Shown piece by piece: positions 50,050 through 63,012 of a stretch of 64,000 nucleotides of DNA. Position numbers and translations under genes: made by a program. Below the pieces are notes generated by a model. The model searched no databases. It saw only the letters and a program-made list of their open reading frames with translations, and had not been told where the DNA came from. This DNA comes from Squalus acanthias. Taxonomy: Eukaryota. Where the stretch lies: NCBI GenBank assembly GCA_030390025.1, contig CM059431.1, forward strand, positions 104,348,001-104,412,000, given 5' to 3'. Numbering within the stretch: the stretch's first letter is position 1; every line of letters begins with the position of its first letter.

Positions 50050-50400
50050 TCCCACCATGGCCTCAGCCCCTCCTTATCTCTGTAACCTCCTCCAGCCCTA
50101 CAACCCTCCAAGTTCTCTGCGCTCCTCCAATTCTGGCCTCTTGTGCATCCCCGATTTTAATTGCTCCACCATTGGTGGCCGTGCCTTCAGCTGCCGAGGC
50201 CCTAAGCTCTGGAAATCCCTCCCTAAATCTCCCTACCTCTCTCTCCTCCTTTAAGATGCTCCTTCAAACCTACCTGTTATCTGCCCTAATGTCTCCTTGT
50301 GTGGCTCAGTGTCAAATTTTGTTTGATAACGCCCCTCTGAAGCACCTTGGGACATTTTACTATGTAAAAGGTGCTATATAAATACAAGTTGTTGTTGTTC
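50050..50400 (+). mobile_element. L2-clade LINE 3' end
   Basis: APPYLCNLLQPYNPPSSLRSSNSGLL...GGRAFSCRGPKLW; (GTT)n tail. Confidence 0.85.
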
Positions 50401-50429
50401 TTGTTTATTTTACACCCTATAAAAGAAAG

Positions 50430-50885
50430 AAATATTTGCATTTATATAGCGCCTTTCACGACCACTGGATGTCCCAAAGTGCTTTGCAGCCAATGCAGTC
50501 CTCTTGAAGTGTAGTCACTGTTGTAATGTAGGAAACACGGCAGCCAATTTGCGCACAGCAAGCTCCCACAAACAGTAATGTGATAATGACCAGATAATCT
50601 GTTTCAGTGATGTTGGTTGAGGTATAAATATTGGCCCAGGACACCGGGGAGAACTCCCTCCTGCTCTTCTTTGAAATAGTGCCTTGGGATCTATTTACAT
50701 TCACCTGAGAGAGCAGACGGGGCCTCGGTTTAACGTCTCATCCAAAAGGCGGCCCCGCCGACAGTGCAGCACTCAACTGGAGTGTCAGCTTAGATTTTTG
50801 TGCTCAAGTTCCTGGAGTGGGATTTGAACCCACAACCTTCTAACAGCAGAGGCGAGGGTGCTACCCACTGAGCCACGGCTGACAC
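50430..50885 (-). mobile_element. DeuSINE-like SINE
   Basis: Reverse complement of 41398-41860. Confidence 0.82.
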
Positions 50886-51450
50886 ATGTGTGCAGCACTG
50901 TGCACTTGTCTACATTAAATTGCATCTGGTATTGATCTTCTCACTTATATTTTATCCAACTCATTTTTGTAATTTCTGATCGACCCTCTTAGTTCAGTAA
51001 CGTTTGGAGATTCGACCACTTGGCATTGAGTTTCTGAATCAAAGGGGTGCTTTATGCAAATTACAAACAGTAGTGGTCTGAGCACCGAGCCCTGAGGTAC
51101 CACACTCAGTCCTTCCCCCCCTCCCCCATTCCTGTAGTGAGTCCTTATTGGTTCCTATCCTTCAGCCATTTTCGTATCCAATCCCAGGGTTTACCAGAAT
51201 TCCCACAGCTTTGAGTCCACTGAATAGCCTTTTGTGTTTGAACTTTGTCAAAAGCCGTTCAGAAGTCCAGTACAACACATTCCCCTTGGGTTATCACTTC
51301 ACTACTACTTCCTCAAAGAAGTCAAAGTAGCGGTTCAGGCATCTGAATCCCCGCTGACTGCTGCTTATTATGTCGTTATTGTACAGACAATCCTCAAATT
51401 TACTCCTGGTAATCAGTTTAGTGATCGTACATGAATTGAAGTAAGACTTA

Positions 51451-52212
51451 GGGGTGAATTTTAACCCCCAAAAGCAGGTGGGTTGGGGGTCGGGTGAGAT
51501 GTTAAAACTTTAAAAATCCCAAACCCGACCACAACCCACCTCCAACCCACCCACTTCCGGTTTAACGGAGGCGGGACAAAGGACGGGTAGCCAACCCGCT
51601 CCCAGGAGGCGGGTTGGCCATGTAAATATTTTAATGAGGCTGGCAGCCTCTGATTTAACCTGTTTTACAGGTTTAACCCTGGCCAGCCAAATTTCCCAGG
51701 CCTCGGGAAACCCGATAGATCAAGGGAGGTGAGGACAGCTTTGGGGAGAAGTTACAGCACTGCTTGTGGGCCAGGAGGATCACGAGTGCTTCCCCCCAAA
51801 TTCCGCACCCCTCCCCAAGCTTACCCTCTTGCCTTGGATTGGATCCCCCCCCTCTCCCATACAAAGACCCCCAATCATGGATTGGACTCTCCCTGGGGTC
51901 GGGGATCGGTCCCCCCTCCCGGGTTGGATATCAGATGCCCCCCCCCACCGCGCACTCCCCCTCCCCCCCCCACGCTTCCAGTAGCAGCTGCAGACCCCAC
52001 ACCTGTTCCTGTGGCCCGCTCCGGAGTGCTCCCCACCCGACTGGGAGACAAGCCTGTCAATCAGGCTGACTTCCGGCCGGGGAGCCTGGCAAACCAAAAA
52101 ATACGTGCGCTAAACTCCACAGCATGTGGGAGACCCGGACTCCCGGGTTTCCCGACCGAAACTCTGTCCCCCACCACCGCCTACGCAACCTACCCCTGTC
52201 AAGATCGGGGCC
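51451..52212. mobile_element. Harbinger-type MITE (family D)
   Basis: Ends GGGGTGAATTTT / AAGATCGGGGCC, flanks TTA/TAA; inverted homolog at about 58583-59100. Confidence 0.7.
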
Positions 52213-52725
52213 TAAGGATCTATATTGGCCCTGTGTCTGTTTTGCCACCCTTTTTGAATTTGGCCACCACATTAGCCTGTTTCCGATCTGCTGGCACTCC
52301 CCCACTGTCCATTGCCTCCCTCATAATGATTGTCAGTGCCTCACAAGTCTCCTGGCTAATCGCTCGGAACTTTAGGATAAGTACCATCTATCCCTCGGGA
52401 TTAATTGGTTTGGAGCTCATTTAGCCTGTCGAGGATTTCCATCTCATTTGTAACAAAGTCATTGATTATATTTCGGATATCTTTGTCTGTAGAGGGAGTG
52501 TTGCTCGTGTCTTTTCCCTTGTGGATACTCGGAGGAGATACTCTTTCAGGATATTTACTATTTTGTGCAAATCCTCAGTTCCAAGCCTGTTTGAGGCTTT
52601 TATGGCTTTTAACTCTTCTCTGACTGTCCCTCTTGCTGTTGTGTTACTGAAAGGATTGTTTACTGATCTGCCTAGCCTGAGCTGCCATTTCCAGGTCTCC
52701 CTTTGCCCCTCTGGCCATTAATGAT

Positions 52726-53447
52726 GGGCCAGATTTTCCGATCGGAGGCTTCCTGCGGGCGGATGCCTCCGATCGGAAAAAATCTAAGCACTTACCTGCT
52801 GGCTCCGTAGGTCCCGAGACTTGCGATCCTGGGCCTCTCCTCTACGAAATGCGCAGAGGCCCAGGTATCCCAGGGGCGCAGGCGGTTCGCAAGCTCCCTG
52901 GGATCACGGGGACCATGGGGAACCAATCAAAGAAGGGAATCCCCCTTCACACGTTCGACAGGTCTCTACGCACAGATCTGTCAAAAGTATGAATGGGGAT
53001 CAGTTAAAAAACAGTTAAACATTAAATAAATTTTTTTAAATCATGTATTTAAAATGAGTTAAAATTACATTAAATTAAATATTTTAAACAAAAATTTTAT
53101 TTTTTGAAAAAAATAATTAAAGTTTTTTACGGGGCTAAAAATAAACTTACCTTTTTTTAAAGTATTTTTAAATTATAAATGAGTGAAAAAGATTTTATTT
53201 TTGTAAACTCTTATGCTGGTAAAAGTAGGCCTTACGCAGGCTTTTATCGGGCGTAAGATTTTTAAAGGTTTTCAGCGGGCGGAGGTTGTGAAGAAAGCGG
53301 AACTCTCCCCCCGCGGAGGCCCATCTCCCGGGCAGGCGGAGGATCTGTCAAGAGGATTCTTCACAGATCGCAAGTGCCGGGTTTCAGTGCGTGCGAGGCC
53401 CCTGTATGCACCCCGTACGGACTCATGGGGGTCAGAAAATCCGGCCC
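52726..53447. mobile_element. Family B MITE
   Basis: TIR GGGCCAGATTTTC / GAAAATCCGGCCC. Confidence 0.83.
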
Positions 53448-54074
53448 AAAGTGTTTCTACATTTAACATATTCATCGCAGTGAGCCCCTTTATCCTTGCT
53501 GGATTTGTACAGAGAACTTTTCCTTTCTGTCTCACTTTTAACTTGTTTGTTAGTCCATTCAGGGCAGCATTTGCTTCCTCAGAGATTGTTGGATTTATGA
53601 ATGTATTTATCTGACCTGCTCAGCATTGTATTCCCTTGCGGTCATGACGAGCGGTGATGTTCCCAGGAGAGGCAAGGATTGGGATGCTTTAGGGAACAGC
53701 TAGTCACACTATCTGTAGCCTGGAGCTAACCAAAAAATTGGGAATATTTGCTGACCAGAGATCAGCATCCTGAATGAAAAGAGGAATCTCATTATCACTA
53801 AATGGTATCGGGGATATGCTTTTTTCAGATTCAGAGGCACTCACGGTAGTCATTTAAATACTGTTAGTATTTGTCATTTTGATTCCATCAACAAAATGAC
53901 AACAAAGCAACTGAAGTAAATACAAATGTAATTTTAAAGATCGACTAGACATTTAGAATTCTTGCAAAGAGTCTTCTTCGCATATTACGTGCTACAAGTG
54001 GCTGCCTGCTCGAAGACTCCACATAGGGTAGCAAGAAACACATTTATAGTGGTTAAATATTTTTAATCTTTATG

Positions 54075-54832
54075 AATAAATGAAGTTGAATTTATATAGT
54101 GCCTTTCACTGGCCCAACAGCGGATGTCCCTGTCTTCGACCTCCCTCGGAGACAGTGGACGGCGCTCAACCCAATCCGCACAGGGCCTGGACGCTGCGGC
54201 CGCCTGCTGCACAAGTGGAAGAGGAGGGACGGCCCGAAGTGCGACTGTGGCCGTGAGCCCCAGACCGTGGAACACATCACATCAACCTGCCCACTGAGAT
54301 CTGTTGAGGGAGGCACCTCATTTCTCCACTCAGCATCTCCGGAGGACAGCGAATGGATCACCAAACTAGACATCCCATTATAAGCTTCTCCCGTAGGAGT
54401 AGCAGCGGCTTTCACGACATTGCGTTGTCCCAAAGTGCTCTACAGCCAATGAAGTACTTTTGAAGTGTAGTCACGGTTGCAATGTAGGAAACGCACACAG
54501 CAAGGTCCCACAAACAGCAATGTGATAAATGACCAGATTATCTGCGCTTTTAGTGATGTTGCTTGAGGGATACATATTGGCCAGGACACTGGGGGAAACT
54601 CTTCTTCAAAATAGTGGCCGTGGGATCTTCTACATCCACCTGAGCGGGCAGACGGAGCCTCGGTTTAACGTCTCTTCCAAAAGTCGGCCCCTCCGACAAT
54701 GCAGCGCTCCCTCAGCGCTGCACTGGGAGTGTCAGCCTGGATTATGGGGCTGAAGTCTCTGGAGTGGGGGCTTCAACCCACAACCTTCTGACTCAGAGGC
54801 GAGTGTGCTACCCACTGAGCCACGGCTGACAC
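54075..54832 (-). mobile_element. DeuSINE-like SINE whose tail is split by a LINE fragment
   Basis: Reverse complement of 41398-41860; the tail resumes at 54075-54109. Confidence 0.78.
54110..54402 (+). mobile_element. 3' end of an Ingi/Vingi-like (I-group) LINE
   Basis: FDLPRRQWTALNPIRTGPGRC..LLHKW..CDCGREPQTVEHITSTCP (CCHC knuckle); CTTTCAC duplicated at both flanks. Clade assignment is tentative. Confidence 0.7.
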
Positions 54833-55769
54833 GAAATTAATTTACAATCAATTATAAAAGTTTGGGTGCCACTGCAGTGAAATGGCAGAAACCTCAGCAC
54901 CAGAGCTGGTAGTTGTGTCTCATGTTCAGCGACAGTCCGGTTGTCGAACGGAGGAGCTCCGCTGACTAACGTGGAGATGTATTGTGAGACCACACAAGTG
55001 CTATAGTGAAAGTAATTTAAAAAAAACAAGCGAAGTAAAATGACTTTAAAAGGCCGAACAAATTGCAGGCTTTATTTTAGAAGCAAGATTTCAATGGCTT
55101 GTAATGACAAAGATCAGATAATAAGTCTACGAGCTGCGGAATATTTCTAATTAACAAATGACAAACGCTTTTAGATTTATTGGATTTTTTGGGGGCAAAA
55201 GGAGTATCAGAAACTAGAAATAGCATAAAATAAATCAAGAGGGTAAAATCACGTCATTTTACAATGTTTAGTGCAGCCCTATATTCTCAAAGTAATATAG
55301 ATTTGTTTCTTCCACGCAACAAATGTAATGTTAATTATACTAAAAAAAACAGAGGTCTGGAGTTTTAATCAGTATAATGTACATGAGCAGGCAAATAAGT
55401 TTAAAAAAAATTAAAAAAACAGAAATAAGTGCTGATCATCATCAGAACACCTGAGTATGATTTAGAGAATTGCTTTTAGGAGTAATAAAGTCAATATGCG
55501 GAAATAAGATACAGGAGATGAAATATGAGTTTCTTCACTGCAATAACGTTATGCAATGGCCCTCATCTGCACTCTTTCATACCTTCCAATCTGGGACATT
55601 CGTCATTGCGCAAGATGCTAATGTACCATTAAAAATTTGTTTTTATCATCAGAAGTGCGGCTTGTGGCAGGTGCTGTACGCCATCCATATCTGTTTCATG
55701 CACTATTTAACATCCCATAAATCTCTACAGCCTCTGAATGTTTCTCAGTGCCATTTTTTTTTCTCTAAG

Positions 55770-55803
55770 GACAATGCCTGGTGAGCTACTATCTCCCCCA
55801 TCA
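55770..55803 (+). CDS. Candidate 34-nt exon of an unidentified host gene (TMPGELLSPPS)
   Basis: Acceptor TTTTTTTTCTCTAAG and donor GTAAGT; phase 2 in and phase 0 out, fitting both neighbouring candidates. Confidence 0.45.
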
Positions 55804-55870
55804 GTAAGTGTACGCTGTATTGATGAAAGAATTAATTTAGCTCACGGACACACACGTGTGTGTATATAAT

Positions 55871-56606
55871 GGCCCAGACCTGGATGGAGCGGGGCATCCC
55901 GGGGCATGCTCCGTTAGTTAGACTTTTTCCCTCACCCTTCAACCTGAAGACTGTTTGCCCAGTAACTTGCTGGGAGTTCGAGCTGATAACGGCGCGGCGA
56001 GGGCAACAGGGGGCATCTGGGACCTCGGTGAACGACGGGACCAACAGTCTATCTCCTTAACCCATGAGATTTAAGGATTGAGAAAGAAACAGAGGAACGA
56101 CGGAGAAGGTAATTAGGTGAATTAGAGTCAAATTAGATACAGAAAGAAAAATAAAGAGAAGGAAAGAAAGACTGGACGAAGAGAGGGAGAAAAAAAGAGA
56201 CAGAAAGGAAAAGTAAGAAAGAAAGAAAAAATTTAAAATTGAAAAGTTTTTAAAATCTCTAAGAATAATTTACTACTTACAGGAATGAGACTTCATAGTT
56301 TCAATTGTTCCCTTTCTGGGCTGGAGAGGTTGAGTGGCATTGCAGGAACGTAAATCTCCTCATTAAAAAGGTACTTACGCTGTTAAGTATCAGCCCTAAC
56401 TTTCTGCGGTGAGTTTAATGGGTAATTAATGCATAAATGCAGCAATTTCTTGAAACTCACGGGGAGGTTGAGCGCGAGATGGCATTTTTGCGAGGCTAAC
56501 GGCACAGTGGTGCAAACCGTCCAGCGACTTGTGGTGATTCGCGACTCATGGCGTGCCTCTTCTTTACCATTAAACTCGCCATTATTTTGGCAGCAAATTC
56601 TGGCCC
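55871..56606. mobile_element. Family A TIR element, uninterrupted
   Basis: Ends GGCCCAGA / TCTGGCCC; perfect TSD AAT. Confidence 0.8.
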
Positions 56607-58258
56607 AATAGATATAGTTTTGGAATGATGAGGCCATGTATAGCTGCAATAATAGAATCATACAGCACAGAAGGAGGCCATTTGGCCCATCGTGCCTGTG
56701 CCGGCTCTTTGAAAGAGCTCTCCATTTAGTCCCACTCCCCCCTGCTCTTTCCCCATAGCCCTGCATGTGAATAAAGCCAAAAGCATGTGAACAATTCCTT
56801 TGGGGATCGAGCTCAGAGATTTAACTTGAACTACATTTTGTAGAAAGGGTTAGTTCATTGTTCGTAGTAATTATGTGATCATTTTTTTTGCAACTAGAAC
56901 AGTTGGCTTAGTGTGTAAGCCCAGGTCATGACACAATCGAACGATTCGGCTGAAGTCTTGGAGCACGAGAGATTTGTGCGGTGTGTGAAGTCCTCTGAAG
57001 GCTGTGATTGGGTGACTGCCTCAAACCCTGGACTGCTTTCTGTACAAGGACCGCAATCACGAACTCTCCCCCTCACTCCCGAGCCCACCTTCAACAACAT
57101 TACAGCTTGTTGATAAAAGGCCCAGAGAGACACATGGAGCAGCTCTCCTGCTGAAGACTATGGGTGACGGAGACATGCGCTACCTCTGAAGCCCACTCAC
57201 ACTGGGACTGCATCATGTGACAGGGCAAAGCGTAGAGGCTGTTAGTTTTGCCAGCGGAATACTGAGATACTCACTATCTTACATGCGTTATTACATTTTT
57301 CAAACCTCACTTCATAGAATCGTAGAATCATACAGCACAGAAGGAGGCCATTCGGCCCATTGTGCCTGTGCCGGCTCTTTCGAGGAGTAGTCCACTTCTG
57401 ATACATTTTACCAAAATTAAAACAATGTTTCAAAGTCCTCTCTTTTTCAACCAATGACCATCAAGCCGCTCAATTACATGAAAAAAAGAATAGTTTCAAA
57501 AGTAAATTGGAGGAAAAAAAATTGGTTGGAAAGAAAGCAAGTTCCTTGTCAGTAACTAGAATGAGTAATGGTGATGGAGAAAATGATGGTAAATGCATTT
57601 TAGAGCTAATTTCTATTTCTGCAATAACATAACCCATAAGTGACCCTTTCAGCAAGTGAACGGAAGAGCATTTTGCAAACTGTGTTCACTGGATGCCACA
57701 TCAGTATTTCCACGGGTGTGAAGGTTAATCGGCAGCTACATGTGTTTATATTTGTGTTGTTTACGGTTTAATTAATGTAATCTGATGAGGAGATATAAAA
57801 ATATGTACAGGCTAAGATTAGGGGGGCATTATTAACATTAAAGTGCGTGGGGCTCAGCACTCTTAACCATCGGTCCTCTGTATAAATAGGCACTTAGGAT
57901 AAAAAGGGAGGAAAGAATGAGAGTTCGATTTGAGTCAATATCAGGAAAGCCTGGATAAGAAGTGAAATATGAATATTTCCTTTTAAACAGCATATTTTGC
58001 TGCTGGCTGGAATTATAATGGGGTTACAGCGGTCAGGTTGGTATGAGTATTCCGTCTGGATCGCATCCAGTAACTGTAGGTGCAAGATTGGTTTAAAATA
58101 TCATTATCCAAATAGTTGAGTGGCACTGACTTGTGTGGCTGAATATCTTTTTGCACATGAGACAAACAATCAGCTCAATTGCCTGGGAGATGGTGCAGAT
58201 GTCAACGTTTGTCTCCTTTATTGTTACTTCCCCTTCCTCCGCCCCCGCCCAACCCCAG

Positions 58259-58329
58259 GAAACAAAACACGAGCTGGTTCGACAAAAACAGTCGAATAGT
58301 GTAATTGTTCTGTACACACTTGTAAATCG
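58259..58329 (+). CDS. Candidate 71-nt exon of an unidentified host gene (ETKHELVRQKQSNSVIVLYTLVN)
   Basis: Long pyrimidine tract then CAG; donor GTGAGT; only frame 0 is open. Confidence 0.45.
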
Positions 58330-58582
58330 GTGAGTTTTCTGCACTGTTCATAATATGGGTATATTTGGTACACCCTGTAAATTCAGAACTGAGTCTTGAA
58401 TCGATTTTCAGTGCTGAGTAGAAAGTACAATAAGGAGGGATTTTAACTCCCTCTGCCCAGTGGAAGTCAGCTGGACCAGGAGTTAAAATGAAGGTGGTAC
58501 ACATTTAGCGATCTTTGACTTCCCCACGGCCTTATTTACACCATTGTTTTCCTGAACGGTCGAGACTCCCTTTACGACTCAC

Positions 58583-59100
58583 GGGCCCCGATCTTGACTG
58601 GGGGTGGGTTCGGTAACCGGGGGTGGGGGGGCGGTGGAGTTCCGGCCGGGAAATCCGGAAGCCGGCATGCTGTGGTGTAAAAACTCCACAGCATGTGTGT
58701 TTTTTTTTACAGCAGGACCACGGCCTGGAAGACTGATAGGCAGGGAGCGCTGCAGTGTAGGCCGCAGCCCCAGGTAAGGAGCCTGCAGCTGCTAGTGGGA
58801 GCGTTGGGGAGGCTCGGGGAGGGCTCCAATTCGCGACCGGGGGGGGTGGATCGGTCCAATCCCCGATCGGTGGGGTTTTTGTATGGAGGGTTTCTGATGG
58901 GGGTGGGGGTACAATCCCAGGGAAGCAGGTAAGCTTGGGAGGGGGGGGGGGGAGAGTGGGGGGGGAGGGGGTGGAAGTACTCCTGCTCCTCCTGGCCAAG
59001 CAGTGCTGTCAAGCCACTTACCTTCTCACCAAAACTGTCCTCGCCTCCCTTCAGCTGTCGCATTTTAACATATTATAATTTTAACATCTGACCTGAGCCC
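58583..59100. mobile_element. Family D MITE, partial
   Basis: Starts GGGCCCCGATCTTGAC, the reverse complement of the end of 51451-52212. Confidence 0.65.
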
Positions 59101-59104
59101 AACC

Positions 59105-61990
59105 CACTCGTGGCTAACAAGAGAAGTTAAAGATAGTATTAGATCAAAGGAAGAGGCTTATAATGTTCCAAAAAGAGAAGTAAGCCTGAGGATTGGGAGG
59201 ATTTTAGAATTCAGCAAAGGAGGACCAAGAAATTGATAAGGAAAGAGAAAAAAGAATATGAGAGTAAATTAGCAAGAGATATAAAAACAGATTGTAAACA
59301 TTTTTATATGTAGGTATGTAAAAAGGAAGAGATTAGTGAAAGTAAACATGGGCCCATTAGAGGCAGAGACAGGAGAAATTATAATGGGCAATTAGGAAAT
59401 GGCAGAGACATTAAACAAATAATTTGGCCGGAATTTTGCTGGTCCTCAGATTGCGGGATTGGAGGCGGGACCGCTGTCAAAATCGCAAAGATTGACAGTG
59501 GGCAGGAAACCCGCTGTCAACCCGCCTCCAATCAATCTTCCCAAGTGTCGGGTCCCTAATTTGCATAAGCACCCGACACCTAGTGGCTGGAAGAGGATTA
59601 TAGCCACTTACCTGCCTGTTAACAGGTACTTGATACTTGTTAACAGGCTCTTTTTCAATTTTGCCGCTTCTGCCTCGGGCTTCCCGATGTCCGGACACCA
59701 CGCCAGGTAAATGTGGCATGTTGTGAGTCTGCTGTAATGTTTCTGCATTGATGACAGCTGCAGAAGTGGTGTGAAGGATCCAATGGTGCACTGGTGAGTT
59801 TCAGAGTTAAGGAAATGTTGAGAAAATCATTTCTAATGCATTTACACTTTTCTGTCGGTAACAAGTTTTGAATTGGCTGTCTAGCCCCACCTCATTGGGA
59901 GAACCTCTCTCACCAGTGACAGACCGCTTCTATAACCTCACCTGCAGCTGCCATCTGTTCTAGCCTGAGGAGGGAGTCACTGGAGAGCCTGGGTGCAAGA
60001 GTTCACCTGTGAACAGTCATTGTCAGTGTTTGCAGGACCTCAATGCTGTCAAACACTGAGAAATCAGTTGTCAAAGAAAAATTGTGCATGGTCCCTTTAA
60101 GAAAACCGGCAGATGACGCGTCATCAAATGACGTCATCTGACCGGCTTCCTCTTAATTGGCCGGCAAGCCCACAGGGCGGGCTTAACAAGGCCAACCGAC
60201 GTAAAATCACGTCCGTGGGCCGGATGCAGTTCGGGGCGGGACTGGAACCGGAAACCAGCTAACCCGCTCCCAACCCGCATCCATTTGCAAAATCGCAGCC
60301 TTTGCATCTGTCTTCATGGTAAAAGACACAAAACACATTCTGGAAATAATGGGGAACCAAGGGTCGAGAGAGAATGAGGAACTTAAAGAAATCAGTATAA
60401 GTAAAGACATAGTACTGGAGAAATTAATGGGACTAAGTGGCGACAAATCCCCATGACCTGACGATCTGCATCCTAGGGTTTTAAAAGAGGTAGCTGCAGA
60501 GATAATGGATGCACTGGTATTAATCTTCCAGAATTCCCTTGATTCTAGAACAGTCCCCAAGGATTCGAAGGTAGCAAACATAACCCCGCTATTTAAGAAA
60601 GGAAGAAGAGAAAAAAACGGGGAACTATAGGCCAGTTAGCCTGGCATTAGTAGTAGGCAAAATGCTAGAATCTATTATTAGGGACGTGGTAACAGGACAC
60701 TTAGAAAATCGTATTATGATTAGGCAGAGTCAACATGGTTTTATGAAAGGGAAATTGTGTTTGACAAATCTGTTAGAGTGTTTTGAAGATGTAGCTAGTA
60801 GGATGGATAAGGGGGAACCAGTGGATGTAGTGTATTTGGATTTTCAAAAAGCATTCGATAAGGTGCCACACAAGAGGTTATTACACAAAATTAGGACTCA
60901 TGGGATTGGGGGTAATATATTAGCTTGGATTGAGGATTGGTTAATGGACAGAAAACAGAGAGTAGGAATAAACGAGACTTTTTCAGGTTGGCAGGCTGTA
61001 ACTAGTGGGGTACCACAAGGATCAGTGCTTGGGCCTCAGCTATTTACAATCTATATTAATACCTTAGATGAAGGGACTGAGTGTAACGTATCCAAATTTG
61101 CTGATGACACAAAGTTATGTGGGAAAGTAAGCTGTGAGGAGGATGCAAAGAGGCTGCAGAGAGATATAGACAGGTTGACTGAGTGGGCAAGAACATGGCA
61201 AATGGAATACAATGTGGGAAAGTGTGAAGTTATCCACTTTGGTAGGAAACACAAAAAAGCAGAATATTTTATGAATGGTGAGAGATTGTGAAATGTTTGC
61301 ATTCAGAGGGACCTGGGTGTCCTTGTACATGAATCAGAGAAAGTTAACATACAGGTACAGCAAGCAATTAGGAAAGCAAATGGTATGTTAGCTTTTGTTA
61401 CAAAGGGATTAGAGTATAAGAGTAAAGAAGTCTTACTACAATTATACAGGGCATTGGTGAGGCCACACCTGGAGTACTGTGTACAGTTCTGGTCTCCTTA
61501 CGTAAGATAAGACATACTTGCCTTAGTGGGAGTGCATCGAAGGTTCAGTAGACTGGTTCCTGGGATGCCCTATGAGGAGAGATTGAGTAGGTTGGGCCTA
61601 TATTCCCTAGAGTTTAGAAGAATGAGAAGTGATCTCATTGAAACATATAAAATTCTTAGAGGGGCTTGACAGGGTTAATGCTGGGAAAATGTTTCCCCTG
61701 GCTGGGGAGTCTAGAACCAGAGGTCACAGTCTCAGAATAAGGGGTTGGCCATTTAGGACTGAGATGCGGAGAAATTTCTTCACTCAGAGGGTGGTGAATC
61801 TTTGGAATTCTCTACCCCAGAAGGCTGTGTCGTTGAGTATATTCAAGACAGATGTCGATAGATTTTTGGGAACTAAGGGAATTAAGGGTTATGGGGATAG
61901 TGCAGGAAGGTGGAGATGAAGTAGAAGATCAGCCTATTCAGCTCGAAGGGCTAAATGGCTGACTCCAGCTCCTATTTCTTATTTCTTATG
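59105..61990 (+). pseudogene. 5'-truncated CR1 ORF2 (RT), degenerate, split by a MITE
   Basis: QHGFMKG, YLDFQKAFDKVPH, GVPQGSVLGP, KFADDTK; CR1 tail. Confidence 0.92.
59426..60300. mobile_element. Family C MITE inside CR1
   Basis: Ends GGCCGGAATTTT / AAAATCGCAGCC; TSD TTT; the CR1 sequence rejoins across it. Confidence 0.85.
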
Positions 61991-63012
61991 TTTTGGCTGA
62001 TACGTTTTCTACATTACAAACGTTCAAAAGTACTTCATTGGCTGTAAAGCGCTTTGGGTGTATTAAGGTCTTGAAAGGCGTTATATAATGCAAGTTCTTT
62101 CTCTTCTATAGTGAATAATATCGTTACCTATCCCTAACTCACAGTGATTTACAAATGGCCCCAGTACTGCACTGATATCTATGATCCACTGATATTGTTT
62201 ATGACAGCATAAAGGCTGCCAGTGTTTCAGTCTGATTAAGACTATTATAAACATTAAAGCCTTGTATAAATATTTAATAAACATCTATCCCCTCAGTGGA
62301 TATTTATCAAGGATTCAAAATGGTTTTGAACCAGCAATCTATGTTGGACATGTCAGTGCTCAAAGGGTCTTATAAACCAGGCTGCCTGCAACCTTAAATA
62401 ATATGATATCGTGCTTGCAATCCCAAAATAACATTCAGTAAAAAGAGAAATTGCTGGAAATTCGCAGCAGATCTGTCAGCATCTGAAAAGAGAAAAAAAA
62501 AGGTTGAGACTCTTCGTCAAATTTGATAAAAGAAAGCCAGACAGCCCCTTGACGAGGGCTATAAGTGGTTTGCCCACATTTTGTTATCTGTTCAATAAAG
62601 ATCTTAAAAGCAAAACGTAAACTTGTCTTTTCACTTTTGAGCCACTGACAGTGTACTTCCTTTGTGTCTCAAATATCTAGCTTTTTCATCTTTCCAGACA
62701 CGCAGCCCGCGATTCTCCGTCTATTTATTTCGATGGAGAGAAATCAGGAGCTGCGATGCACAACATTGCGTGGTGTGTGCCCACTGGTAGCTCAGGGGTT
62801 GTGGAATCAGGCCTCAAGTAGACACTATTCGGGGCAGATTTTCAGGCCAACCACTGGACCAAGACTGGGGCAGTAGCGCTCTTGAAAATAGTGGGGGTGG
62901 GGTGGAGGAGACTGAAACTGTGACTGGTGCTATCCTCCGAAGGGCCGACCACCTGGAGTACCCGCTTGAGTCAGACGGTGGGCCCTTTAAATATTCAAAC
63001 CGAGGTCCTCCA

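Larger units (their letters stand above)
49800..53640 (-). mobile_element. Old degenerate CR1-like LINE, fragmented by L2, SINE and MITE insertions
   Basis: Minus-strand relics such as GGTACCTCAGGGCTCGGTGCTCAGACC (GVPQGSVL-like, about 51080-51100) and an FDKV-like segment near 51245. Confidence 0.55.

Noticed and set aside
51729..52424. 231-aa Pro-rich ORF and similar ORFs in MITE arms
   Set aside because: GC-rich non-coding repeats; frames are not preserved between copies.
56894..57133. Overlapping short ORFs in unique sequence
   Set aside because: No clear splice signals or recognisable motif.
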